64,000 bases of DNA from an uncultured Methanospirillum sp. (lineage in GTDB: Archaea > Halobacteriota > Methanomicrobia > Methanomicrobiales > Methanospirillaceae): the NCBI GenBank assembly GCA_964637135.1, contig CAZWTX010000002.1, positions 62,001 to 126,000 on the forward strand, read 5' to 3'. Shown here piece after piece: positions 21,835 through 31,736 of this stretch. The first letter of the stretch is position 1; each line of letters starts with the position of its first letter. A model generated the notes under the pieces. That model ran no database searches. It saw only the letters and a program-made list of their open reading frames with translations, and was not told the origin of the DNA. Position numbers and translations under genes: made by a program.

Positions 21835-22916
21835 AATTCTTTCCTCTTTCGCATAAACAGAAACATAAAAAAGGGAACTCCAACAAAAGCGGTCATGATC
21901 CCGACCGGAAGGATCATCGGGGCAAGGATTGTCCGGGCAACCGTGTCGGCACCGAGCAGGAGGATCCCACCGACGAGTGCCGATCCGGGAATCACATACC
22001 GGTTGTCTCCCCCGATGATCATCCGGGTGATATGGGGGGAGACAAGGCCGATGAATCCGATGATCCCGCAGAACGCGGTGACCGATGCCGTAAGCAGCGC
22101 TCCGAAGACGAGTGTTCGCATCCTGACCCGTTCCACATTGATCCCAAGACTGTGGGCGGTTTCATCACCGGCCCCGATGATCGTGATCTCGGAGGCTTTC
22201 AGGATGAGATACGGGATCGAGATGACTGCAATGGTAAAAACGATAAAAATCGTCTCCCAGCTGGCTACCGAGACGCTGCCCATCATCCAGAAGACGACGG
22301 CCTGGACCTGTTCGGCAGTCCCGAGGTACTGGGTGAAGGAGGTGACGGCATCAAGGAGAAACATGATAGCGATCCCGGCGAGGATGATCGCTTCGGGGGT
22401 CATCCCCTTGCTCTTTGCGATGGTGTAGATGACCATCGTTGCAACAAAGGCACTGATGAAGGCGTTGAGCACGACACTGTACGATCCGAAGAACTTGACT
22501 CCCCCGATGATTGCAAGCGAGGCACCCATCGCGGCAGCCGAGGAGATGCCAAGCGTGAACGGTTCTGCCAGGGGGTTGCGGAGCACGCCCTGCATGATTG
22601 CCCCCGCAACACCGAGGCTTGCGCCGCAGACGACGGCCATCGCAATCCGGGGAAGCCGGATCTCCCAGATGATCGTACTCACCACCGATTCAGGGAGATT
22701 AAGGCCAGGAAAGATTCCGGCGAGGATAGTCATGTATACCTCGCTCAGGGTGAGATCGTACGAGCCGAACGAGGCGGCGATACCAACCAGAAGAAGAATG
22801 CCGGCAGAGACAGAGGCTAAGAACAGGATCTTTTTTGAGTGATAATGGCGGTAGGCCGTCTGGATCGTCTGCTGATGGTGATCTGACGGATTCCCTGTGT
22901 TTGTATGCAGACTCAT
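21828..22916 (-). CDS. Iron-chelate ABC permease (FecCD/BtuC family)
   Basis: IRLPRI, QGVLRNPLAEPFTLGISSAA, GIIGFIGLVSPHI. Confidence 0.94.
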   Translation of the reverse strand: MSLHTNTGNPSDHHQQTIQTAYRHYHSKKILFLASVSAGILLLVGIAASFGSYDLTLSEVYMTILAGIFPGLNLPESVVSTIIWEIRLPRIAMAVVCGASLGVAGAIMQGVLRNPLAEPFTLGISSAAAMGASLAIIGGVKFFGSYSVVLNAFISAFVATMVIYTIAKSKGMTPEAIILAGIAIMFLLDAVTSFTQYLGTAEQVQAVVFWMMGSVSVASWETIFIVFTIAVISIPYLILKASEITIIGAGDETAHSLGINVERVRMRTLVFGALLTASVTAFCGIIGFIGLVSPHITRMIIGGDNRYVIPGSALVGGILLLGADTVARTILAPMILPVGIMTAFVGVPFFMFLFMRKRKELW

Positions 22917-23075
22917 GAACGTGTGTGACCTCCACAGCCACAGACCCGGCTGCCGGATAATGAGTATCTAGTATTATTGTGAGCCGGGCGGTTATTACGA
23001 TTTTGAATCGGGTGTGATCAAATATCCTCTTATCTGAAAAAAATCAAATAATCGTCTGCTACGTGGTGTATTCTT

Positions 23076-24335
23076 ATGAACCGGTATTTGATGAACAGCA
23101 GGGTTCTCATCACCCTTCTGGCCATGAGCTGCCTTTGTGCAGGTGTTTCTGCATCAGGAATGGAGTTTACTCTCTATATCTTCGGTAATGCAAACGGTGA
23201 CATGAACATCGATCAGCAGGATATCGCTCTGATCGAACAGATCGCTACCGGTAAAGCAGATCCGACAACGCTTGCCGATGCAAATCAGGATGGGAAGGTT
23301 GACAGTAAGGATGTCGACCAGGTAAAGGCGATAATGGATGGTTCGGCAACTGTAATAATCGTCCAGGACGCGTATGGAAACCCGGTCACAGTGAAGACTC
23401 CGGTCGAGCGGATTGTGACGCTGGACCAAATGATCGCAGAGAATGCCCAGGTCATCGGAGTAGGTGATAAAATCGTTGGTATTGACGAAAATACGGCATC
23501 ACGGACGACTACCCTCCCGGAGATCAGTACAGTGACCAACATCGGCTCATCTGATGAGCCTGACCTTGAGGCAATCGTCGCGTTAAAACCTGGCCTCGTC
23601 TGTGGTATCCAGTGGTTTGACGAAGAACTGATGAGCAAAATGAAAGCAGCGGGTCTGACGCCGCTTGCCATGATCTACCATGGTGACATCCAGAACAGTC
23701 TCGGGTACTCGAAGATGCTCGGATACCTGACTGGATCTCCGGATTCAGCAATGAAATACATCGACTGGATGAGCGGAAATCTTGGTGGCATTCATGACAC
23801 GCTCTCCGGGCTTTCAGACTCCGAGCGTGCCCGTGCCATGTACCTGTATCCACGAAAGGGAGCCCTTGGGAGTGGCGGGAGCGAATGTCCGACTATCAGG
23901 ACACTTGAATTCCTCGGGGCAAACACCCTGACAGACAGAGCTGCGAATACGGAAAACGGGTACTTCGAGATCGATCCCGAAGAGATCATCAAGAAGAATC
24001 CGGATTACATCGTGATGGAGGATTTCGATACTGCCCTCGGGTATGGAAAGACCGACAAGGCAGCAGCCCAGGAAGAACTTGACAAGGTCAAGGCAAAGAC
24101 CGGCTTTGACAAGATAAACGCGGTAAAGAATGATGATGTGTATCTTCTTGATGTGAATATCGTTTCACACAGCAACTGTCTCGGTGGCATTTACATGGCA
24201 AAGGCCATCTATCCGGAGAAACTTGCAGATGTGGATCCCTATGCCATTCATCAGGAGTACGTAGACAGGTTCCTCGGCCTGAAGGACTTCGACGTGAAGA
24301 CAGATGGCATCTTCATCTATCCTGAAGTTGCCTGA
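23076..24335 (+). CDS. Class III substrate-binding protein with N-terminal dockerin-like (duplicated EF-hand) module
   Basis: GNANGDMNIDQQDI...ADANQDGKVDSKDV, then PVERIV, DLEAIVALKPGLV, AVKNDDVY, MAKAIYPE. Confidence 0.88.
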   Translation: MNRYLMNSRVLITLLAMSCLCAGVSASGMEFTLYIFGNANGDMNIDQQDIALIEQIATGKADPTTLADANQDGKVDSKDVDQVKAIMDGSATVIIVQDAYGNPVTVKTPVERIVTLDQMIAENAQVIGVGDKIVGIDENTASRTTTLPEISTVTNIGSSDEPDLEAIVALKPGLVCGIQWFDEELMSKMKAAGLTPLAMIYHGDIQNSLGYSKMLGYLTGSPDSAMKYIDWMSGNLGGIHDTLSGLSDSERARAMYLYPRKGALGSGGSECPTIRTLEFLGANTLTDRAANTENGYFEIDPEEIIKKNPDYIVMEDFDTALGYGKTDKAAAQEELDKVKAKTGFDKINAVKNDDVYLLDVNIVSHSNCLGGIYMAKAIYPEKLADVDPYAIHQEYVDRFLGLKDFDVKTDGIFIYPEVA

Positions 24336-24340
24336 CCTCC

Positions 24341-24358
24341 TATTTTTTTCTCTTTTTC
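24341..24358 (+). terminator. Archaeal oligo-T terminator candidate
   Basis: TATTTTTTTCTCTTTTTC just after the stop at 24335, ahead of a convergent gene. Confidence 0.5.
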
Positions 24359-24545
24359 TGTGATAACGGGGATCGCCAGGGATCCCGGTATTATCAGGCA
24401 ATAATGATACCCGGGCAGTGATCTTACGGTCGGATCCTAAAAGGTGCCAGTTCTGCCTGATCCCGGTTGCTTATGATGCCAATGAGGAGGCATGATCAGG
24501 GTTTCGGGTACCGCCACGGTTGTGGAGAGAGGATATCCTGTCCTC

Positions 24546-25598
24546 TTATCCTTCCCCGGGCAGCAGGCAGGCATTCAGCCGCCGGGTCAGGCCGGGAATA
24601 TCCAGTTCACCGTTCATCCCGATCAGGACAAGGTGGGAACAGGGTTCTGTACCTTCCCAGGAACTGCCCCGTGTTATCGAGAAACGGCGGCCAACGACCT
24701 GTATTATTGCAGGTCTCCCCGGCATTTCATCCAGTTGAACAAATCCCTTTGCCCGGAGGATACCTGCCGGGGTGCTCCTGAGGAGGGAACTGAGACACGT
24801 GAGGCTGACCGGCTGCCGGCCAGACCAGTTCATCACCGAGAAGGGGAGATTACCGGCATGGATGTGTGGTTCCCCGTGGTCATGCTCATCAGCATGGTGA
24901 TGGCTCCCGGGGAGGAGATCATCCTCCGGGCGATCCTGTCCAAAGAACAGGTCAACCGGGATTCCTGCCTGAACCGTTTCCAGAACAGGGATTCCGGCAG
25001 GAATCCAGTCGTTCCGGATCTGTCCGATCTCCTTCCCGGTGACGAGGTCGGTCTTGTTGAGGAGGATGAGATCTGCTGCCCGGATCTGTTTTCTGACAAG
25101 GTGACTCATCAGCCAGGGAACCCGGGTGATCTCCGCTGTATCAACCAGACAGATCACTCCCGATACCCGGGAGATCTTCTTCAACTGCGGGGTTGCCATG
25201 ACCTCGAGGATACCGGCCGGGTCAGATACGCCCGATGCCTCGATGATCAGGGCATCCAGTCCGGGATTCTGAAGGATCATCATCTCCACCGCCGATGAAA
25301 GTCTCCCCCGGAGCGAACAGCAGACACAGCCGTTCTCCAATGCAATGATATCCGGGCCGGTCTTTTCTATCAGCCGATCATCAACCGGCACGGATCCAAA
25401 ATCATTCACGATCACCCCGGCACGGATGCGGCTCTCTGACCGGAGAACCTCATTTACGAGAGTAGTCTTCCCTGAACCGAGAAACCCGGTGATGATGGAG
25501 ACGGGTATCCTCCCCTTCCTTACAGGAATCGCGGTGTCGCGGCTCTCTCCCGGGTTGATCCGGTCCCGGAGCGAATCCAGAAACCCGGGCAGGTTCAT
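24546..25598 (-). CDS. COG0523/CobW-family G3E GTPase metallochaperone
   Basis: ITGFLGSGKTT, NDFG, NGCVCC, IEASG, NKTD, His-rich HHHADEHDHGEPHIH and C-terminal RAKGF...LVLIG. Confidence 0.93.
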   Translation of the reverse strand: MNLPGFLDSLRDRINPGESRDTAIPVRKGRIPVSIITGFLGSGKTTLVNEVLRSESRIRAGVIVNDFGSVPVDDRLIEKTGPDIIALENGCVCCSLRGRLSSAVEMMILQNPGLDALIIEASGVSDPAGILEVMATPQLKKISRVSGVICLVDTAEITRVPWLMSHLVRKQIRAADLILLNKTDLVTGKEIGQIRNDWIPAGIPVLETVQAGIPVDLFFGQDRPEDDLLPGSHHHADEHDHGEPHIHAGNLPFSVMNWSGRQPVSLTCLSSLLRSTPAGILRAKGFVQLDEMPGRPAIIQVVGRRFSITRGSSWEGTEPCSHLVLIGMNGELDIPGLTRRLNACLLPGEG

Positions 25599-26046
25599 CG
25601 CTCATCCCCTGTTCTGCCGGAAGCGTGATTGTCCCTGCTTTTTTGCAGGAAACCGGAAAACTGCCAGTATCTCTGCATATAAGGAGACTGAAAAGCTGGT
25701 CGAAGAGATGATAGTTCCATGGTTTCCCTTCACTGATTCAGGATGAATACCGGTCCGGAGCCAAAAGCCTGCAGAGAAGTTACCCTTCATCTTATTTAGA
25801 CAACCTCTCCGGTTCATCGCCGGACACTGCCTCCCGGTCTGTTCCCGGAGAGGAATAAACCATGCTGCGGGAGAGTGTGCCGGAAGGAACTGGCAGGATC
25901 TTCCGGTTGCCATCATGAAAGGTCCTCATGGACCGCAGGATCTAAACCTCATATCGGGAGTACTGTTTTAAAACCGGAGCCATTCACCCGCCACGTCACC
26001 GATCGATTCAAAATACTAAACTGGCATAAGGGGTAAACGGTTTGCA

Positions 26047-26898
26047 ATGATCTACTTTACCGAACACGATATCGACCGGTTAATCGAGGATGATGTTCCG
26101 GCAGGCGACATGACCACGATCCTCCTGGATCTCTCCGGGAAGAAGGGATCCATCACGCTGAAAGCCAGGGACGAGATGATCGCCTGTTGCACGGAGGAGG
26201 CCGGACGGATGTACACAAAAGCCGGACTCCGGGTTGTACAGTTCGTTCCATCCGGAACCCGGCTCTCTCCGGGCGATACCCTGATCCAGGCGAGCGGTGA
26301 TGCAGCCGCCATCCACCTGATCTGGCGGACCGGGGCAGCCATGATCGAATTCGCTTCCGGCATTGCAGGCCGGACCCGGCAGCTGGTCGACGCTGCCCGG
26401 GCAGCAAATCCTTCCATTTCGGTCGCCGGAACCCGGAAACACCCCCCTTTTGTTAAGAAACTGGCGCTCAAGGCACTGTACGCAGGAGGGGGAGTGGCAC
26501 ACCGGACCGGCCTTTCAGATACAATACTCATCTTCCGCGAACACCTCGAATTCTCCGGCGGATACGAGGCAGTACCGGCAATCGTGCAGTCTGTCAGGCA
26601 GAAACAGAAAGAACGGATGATCGTCGTTGAGGCACATTCCCGGGAAGAAGCACTCATCATCACCAAATCCGGGGCCGGGGCCGTTCAGATGGATAAAATT
26701 CCTCCCGACCAGTTTTCCGCGATCGCACAAGAGTGCCGTGCCATTAACAAAGATATCTGCGTGATTGCCGCCGGCGGGGTTAACGGGAGCAACGGTGCCG
26801 CGTATGCCCGGGCAGGGGCCGATGTGCTGGTCACCTCCTGGATGTATTTTGCACCGCCGGCTGACATCAAGGCAGAGATCGTACCTGATACTACATAA
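26047..26898 (+). CDS. modD: ModD protein (NadC/QPRTase-like family)
   Basis: LIEDDVPAGDMTT, CCTEEA, AGTRKHPP, HRTGLSDTILIF, AAGGVN, GADVLVTS. Confidence 0.85.
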   Translation: MIYFTEHDIDRLIEDDVPAGDMTTILLDLSGKKGSITLKARDEMIACCTEEAGRMYTKAGLRVVQFVPSGTRLSPGDTLIQASGDAAAIHLIWRTGAAMIEFASGIAGRTRQLVDAARAANPSISVAGTRKHPPFVKKLALKALYAGGGVAHRTGLSDTILIFREHLEFSGGYEAVPAIVQSVRQKQKERMIVVEAHSREEALIITKSGAGAVQMDKIPPDQFSAIAQECRAINKDICVIAAGGVNGSNGAAYARAGADVLVTSWMYFAPPADIKAEIVPDTT

Positions 26899-27229
26899 CC
26901 ACGGGATCCCCGGCAGGGTATCAGCACGGCGTTCCTGCCGGATTTCCGGTTTCACTCTCCGGATTATCGGGTCACACATCCAGGAACCGATCCACCGGGG
27001 ACCGGGCGGAAGATAGCCCGGGGAGAATTATCCTCTCTCCGAATCCGGGAATCCTCTTCCGGTCAAACTCCGGTCACCGATAATCTCACTAATCCCCTTT
27101 TTTGAAGGGATGTCCCGGTGATGAGACTTCCAGGGAGAGGGAGAACTCCTCACCCCAGGCATCAGATCCCTTTATCCGGCCGGTTCGGGCCGGGAGGGCT
27201 ATTCACCGGCAGACACGTTCATTACCGAA

Positions 27230-27979
27230 TCACAGGGTAATTTTCCTGAAGAGAAACGCCCCGGTGACGGCCATGATCACTGCAAACCCGCCAAGAACGA
27301 GGAAACAGAGAAGCGGGCTGACCTGGCTGACACCGGTCAGACCGTAGCGGATTCCCTCGACCCCGTACGTGAGGGGATCTGCCATGGTTACCGGGGAGAG
27401 CCATGCGGGGAGGGAGCTGATCGGGAACAATGCCCCGGAGAGGCCGAATATCGGGAATACAACGAAGTTCATGATCAGCTGAAACCCGGTCATGTCCTCC
27501 ATTCTCGAAGCGATTGCAATACCAAACGCGGTAAACGAGATCCCGATGAGCACCATGAACATGAGGGCAACCAGGAACCCGGCGATACTCTCCACCTTCA
27601 GCCCCAGGAAGAGCGATATGACAAGGATCATGATCCCCTGTATGACCGCAGTCGTGGCTCCGCCAAGTGTCTGCCCGAGCATGATCTCCATCCGGGTAAC
27701 CGGTGCGACGAGCGTCTCTTTTAAAAAACCAAACTGTTTGTCCCAGATGATCTGGATCCCGGAGAAGACAGAGGTGAAGAGGACGCTCATCGCCACCATG
27801 CCGGGGATGAGAAACTGGATGTAATTCTCCCCGAGCCCCGGGATAGTGACAACCGAGTTCAGTCCGAACCCGAGAAAGAGCAGAAAGAACAGGGGCATGC
27901 TGATACTTCCGATGATCCGGCTCTTTGACCTGATGTACCGCATCATGCTTCTGAGCCAGATGGTGTAAATAATATCCAT
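27230..27979 (-). CDS. ABC-2 type exporter permease
   Basis: WDKQFGFLKETLVAP, LSGALFP, DPLTYGVEGIR. Confidence 0.92.
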   Translation of the reverse strand: MDIIYTIWLRSMMRYIRSKSRIIGSISMPLFFLLFLGFGLNSVVTIPGLGENYIQFLIPGMVAMSVLFTSVFSGIQIIWDKQFGFLKETLVAPVTRMEIMLGQTLGGATTAVIQGIMILVISLFLGLKVESIAGFLVALMFMVLIGISFTAFGIAIASRMEDMTGFQLIMNFVVFPIFGLSGALFPISSLPAWLSPVTMADPLTYGVEGIRYGLTGVSQVSPLLCFLVLGGFAVIMAVTGAFLFRKITL

Positions 27980-27980
27980 G

Positions 27981-28967
27981 TCAGTGCCTCCTCATCATGC
28001 GGTGCATCCGCATCATCTCTTTCCCGTCGATCTCCTGTTCCCGGATGGTTTTCCCGGTACATGAGAGGAATACATCTTCCAACGTTGGTTTATGGATAGA
28101 AACAGCGGTTATCTCTACCGTCTCCCGGGTGAGACGGGCAATAATTTCGCTGATATGAAGCTCAGCCTGCTGCAGATGTATCCGCACTTCGCCGGCTTGC
28201 TGCTCGAGTTTGAGAATCCAGGGTTCGGAAAGAAACGAGGCGACGGTTTCGGGATCCGGGGTGGTAATCGTGATGATATCGCCACCGATTCCGTTTTTCA
28301 GGTTCTGCGGGGTATCAAGAGCAATAATGGTTCCATGATCGATGATAGCGATCCTATCGCAGAGCCGGTCTGCCTCTTCCATGTAATGGGTGGTCAGAAT
28401 GATGGTGATGTTTTTTTCCCTGCTTAATGTAGCAATGTACTGCCAGAGATGATTCCTGGTCTGGGGATCAAGACCAAGGGTCGGTTCGTCGAGAAACAGG
28501 ACCGACGGGTGATGAAGGAGGCCCCGTGCAATCTCAAGCCGCCGCCTCATTCCTCCGGAGAACGTCTTTACCAGGTCATCTTTCCGTTCATGCAGTTCAA
28601 CCAGCAGCAAAAGCTCTTCGATTCGCCGTTTTCGCGTTTCTGGGGGGATCCGATAGAGTCTTCCGTGAAAATCCATGTTTTCCCGGGCAGTGAGTTCCTC
28701 ATCCAGGCTCTGGTCCTGGAACACGATCCCGATTGCTTTTCGAACTTCGTCTTCTTCCCGTTCAATATCCTTGCCCATAACCGTCCCAGTTCCGGATGTC
28801 GGTTTCTGCATGGTTGCGAGCATGGAGAGCGTTGTGGTCTTTCCAGCCCCGTTCGGGCCAAGAAGACCGAATATCTCTCCCTGGCGGATATCAAAGGTGA
28901 TATGGTTTACGGCAACGAGGTCGCCGAATGATTTGGTCAGGTCTTTCACCTGAATTGCTGTTTCCAT
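27981..28967 (-). CDS. ABC-2/DrrA-family exporter ATP-binding subunit
   Basis: GPNGAGKTT, FSGGMRRRLEIARG, LFLDEPT. Confidence 0.93.
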   Translation of the reverse strand: METAIQVKDLTKSFGDLVAVNHITFDIRQGEIFGLLGPNGAGKTTTLSMLATMQKPTSGTGTVMGKDIEREEDEVRKAIGIVFQDQSLDEELTARENMDFHGRLYRIPPETRKRRIEELLLLVELHERKDDLVKTFSGGMRRRLEIARGLLHHPSVLFLDEPTLGLDPQTRNHLWQYIATLSREKNITIILTTHYMEEADRLCDRIAIIDHGTIIALDTPQNLKNGIGGDIITITTPDPETVASFLSEPWILKLEQQAGEVRIHLQQAELHISEIIARLTRETVEITAVSIHKPTLEDVFLSCTGKTIREQEIDGKEMMRMHRMMRRH

Positions 28968-29056
28968 CGTGTTGTTTCCGATTGTATTGAGGGAGATTAT
29001 TCATAACCGGTGGATCCGGCAATATATGCCAGGATGGAGCCGGTCATTGGTCACTC

Positions 29057-29536
29057 TTACTCCTGTGGATCCGTGGGATGAACGGTCTCATGAATCCGGG
29101 TCATCTTCTCCCTGATGGCCTCAATCATCCTGATATAAGGTGTTATTTTTTCAGTCGGGAGATCTTCGAGGTACGAGAGGTTGTTGTCAATATCAGTCAG
29201 GATACCCTCAACCGTCTCGGGTTTCCCTGATACGCCGGTTCGAAACATGGTTATCTCCTCTAATCCGGTATCTGTCAGTTCATATCTCCGGTCGTCTCTT
29301 TTTACGATCAGTTTTTCTTCAACGGCTTTACTGAGCAGCGGATACATGGAACCCGGGGATGGTCGCCAGTGACCATGACTCATGAGGTCAATGGCATCCA
29401 TGAGCTCTGCTCCGTTCTTCGGACCTTCACTAAGGACATACAGGACCAGGATTTTCAGGCCCCCATATCCTCTTGAACGAATAATCCGGTGAAATTTTCC
29501 CATGAATGACCTCATGGGATCGCGGTTATCTCTCAT
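29057..29536 (-). CDS. PadR-family transcriptional regulator
   Basis: GGLKILVLYVLSEGPKNGAELM...WRPSPGSMYPLL...YELTDTG. Start taken at ATG 29536. Confidence 0.9.
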   Translation of the reverse strand: MRDNRDPMRSFMGKFHRIIRSRGYGGLKILVLYVLSEGPKNGAELMDAIDLMSHGHWRPSPGSMYPLLSKAVEEKLIVKRDDRRYELTDTGLEEITMFRTGVSGKPETVEGILTDIDNNLSYLEDLPTEKITPYIRMIEAIREKMTRIHETVHPTDPQE

Positions 29537-29546
29537 CGAATCACCC

Positions 29547-29582
29547 CGATATCGAGTAATCGATATCGACAATACGATATTT
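29547..29582. promoter_or_regulatory. Three CGATATCG boxes at 14-bp period between the padR TATA box and start codon (probable operator)
   Basis: CGATATCG at 29547 and 29561, CGATATTT at 29575. TATA-like element at about 29594-29601. Confidence 0.65.
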
Positions 29583-29633
29583 GAATCCGTGGGTTATATA
29601 CATTCCCAGGAACGCTGTTCAAAAAAGAGGAGA

Positions 29634-31001
29634 TCAGGCGTACTTCATGAGCCGCCCGATATAATACCTGACCCAGAGGTACCCGGTTATACCCCCGAGT
29701 ATATCGCCGATCACGATTCCCCACCAGACCCCGTGTTCTCCAAACCCAAGCACAACGGCGAGGATATACGCAGCCGATGCCATGAAGACGATCTCCCTGA
29801 AGATGTTGAGGATGAGCGAAGACATTCCCCTTCCCGTTCCCTGGAAGATCGAGGACGACATGATTCCCGGGGAGACAAAGGGATAAAAAAAGCACATGGT
29901 CGCAAGGAACGCAGCGATCGAAGGTGCGAGATGGGCACCGTCGGCTGAATACGTGAAGATGAACGCCATCTGATGCGAAAACAGGAATGTCAGAACGGCA
30001 ATCGCGGATGCAATGACCATGCCCAGAAGAACCGAAAAGTTGTGGATGATCGGGAACTTTTCATAATGCCGGCCACCGTATGCAGCCCCGGTCACTGCCA
30101 CCACCGATGTCGCGATCGCGACCAGCGGAATGATTGCAAACATGACAACCCGCCATCCTGCGGTGTATACGGCAACAGCATCCGTATCTGCAACCATGAC
30201 AAGGATCGAGTTGATAAAGATGGCAAGGACTGCCATGAGGAAGAATTCACAACTTGCCGGAAGGCCGATGGCAAGGATGTCCCTGACATTGCGGTAATCA
30301 GAGAGATCAACATCCCTGGAAAGGGTGACATAGGTGTCTTTCCTGACAAAGAACCAGTACACCTGGACGAGGATCACCAGGATCAGGGATACGATCATCC
30401 CCCATGCTGCACCGGCAATTCCCCAGCCAAACGTGTAGATAAAGATCGGATCAAGGATGATATTCAGGATGGATGATGCTCCCATCACGTACATCGTCCG
30501 CTTCGTATCCCCTTCCCCCCGGAGAATGGCATACGCCATGTGGGTGAGGAGGATCAGAATGGTACCGGCAAAGATGATGTTTCCATATTCCACTGCCAGG
30601 TCTGCGGTCTCCCCGGCACCGAACAGAAGCATGAGCGGTTTGCTGGTGGCGATCAATACCAGGGAGATGATGATGGAAATGCCGATGCTTACCAGGGCTG
30701 CCTGAACCGCGGCGGTATTGGCCCCCCTGGTATCGCCGGCACCGATCCTCCGGGAAACAACAGATGTTACCCCGGCACCAAGCCCGTTTGCAAGTCCGAT
30801 GAGGATCATGAAGAGGGGGGTGATAAATCCCACCGCTGCAAGGGCATCTGACCCGAGACCTGCCACCCATATGGCATTAACGAGGTTATACGTGGACATC
30901 AGGAGCATGGCCACGATCATCGGAACGGAGAGTTTGATTATGGCGGTTTTCGGATCGCCTTTCAGGAGGGTGACACCGATGGTATCTGGTTGCGAATTCA
31001 T
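29634..31001 (-). CDS. MATE-family efflux transporter
   Basis: LSVPMIVAMLL..YNLV, ILRGEGDTK, NIILDPIFI..GIAGAAW, FQGTGRG. Confidence 0.93.
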   Translation of the reverse strand: MNSQPDTIGVTLLKGDPKTAIIKLSVPMIVAMLLMSTYNLVNAIWVAGLGSDALAAVGFITPLFMILIGLANGLGAGVTSVVSRRIGAGDTRGANTAAVQAALVSIGISIIISLVLIATSKPLMLLFGAGETADLAVEYGNIIFAGTILILLTHMAYAILRGEGDTKRTMYVMGASSILNIILDPIFIYTFGWGIAGAAWGMIVSLILVILVQVYWFFVRKDTYVTLSRDVDLSDYRNVRDILAIGLPASCEFFLMAVLAIFINSILVMVADTDAVAVYTAGWRVVMFAIIPLVAIATSVVAVTGAAYGGRHYEKFPIIHNFSVLLGMVIASAIAVLTFLFSHQMAFIFTYSADGAHLAPSIAAFLATMCFFYPFVSPGIMSSSIFQGTGRGMSSLILNIFREIVFMASAAYILAVVLGFGEHGVWWGIVIGDILGGITGYLWVRYYIGRLMKYA

Positions 31002-31736
31002 TTTTTTTGAAGAGTGTATCGTTCTTGTTGTTTTCTGCCCTATGAGACGTTTTCCGGAAAAACCAGAACCAGCCGGATACGGCCGCTCCCACCGGGGAAC
31101 TCAGAATGGTCAGGTAATGCAGGGAGAGAGCGCGTCAATGATGCTCCTGACTGAAACGGTGTTCTTCGTTCCAGTACAGGCATGACATCCGGCAGATCAG
31201 GGAATCAGTTCATGCCCGGCGGGTCCATCTCCGATCAAACCCAATATTTGCGGGATATCCACCAGGACCGGGACCCTGCCGAACTACCAGGGCATCCCGG
31301 TCAGCCGGGGATTTCCGCTGACCAGTGCCGGAGAAGCACCGGACATCCATCAGGATCTCTCTCCTCCCTATTGAGGTTGGCATTTGATGAGTTAAATCCT
31401 CTGTGGTTTTAAAAATAAAAAAAGAAGTCAATTCGGGGGTTTTATCCCATCTCATATCCCCGGCAGACTCACCGGCATGAGTGATGCCGGGCCTTCATGA
31501 CCGGAATGAGGGACGTTCATCCCCGGCTCTCTGCCGTATCCCGGAAAACAGGGGTGATTCGATCCTGAACAGGGAATACCAGGATAAATATACGGCAACG
31601 ATGGTATTCAGCCGGTGGAGCGGGTATCACGCTGATAATCAGGGGAATATGCAGAATCCGGTGTCCTGCCAGCCGGCAGAGCAATTCCTGATACCTGCCC
31701 GCATCATCATTCGGGTATTTCCAACCCTCTCATCGC

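Noticed and set aside
22992..23020. TTATTAC...GTGATCA between fecCD and the dockerin receptor
   Set aside because: Spacer is 15 nt rather than 13-14; too weak to count.
25602..25916. 104-aa ORF in frame with the COG0523 gene across a TGA (possible selenocysteine/readthrough)
   Set aside because: The GTPase is complete from its own ATG, the upstream peptide looks non-protein-like, and I saw no SECIS-like evidence.
26047..26898. Calling this gene nadC
   Set aside because: Sequence features (CCTEEA, HRTGLSDTILIF) and importer-rich context fit ModD better; no nad genes nearby.
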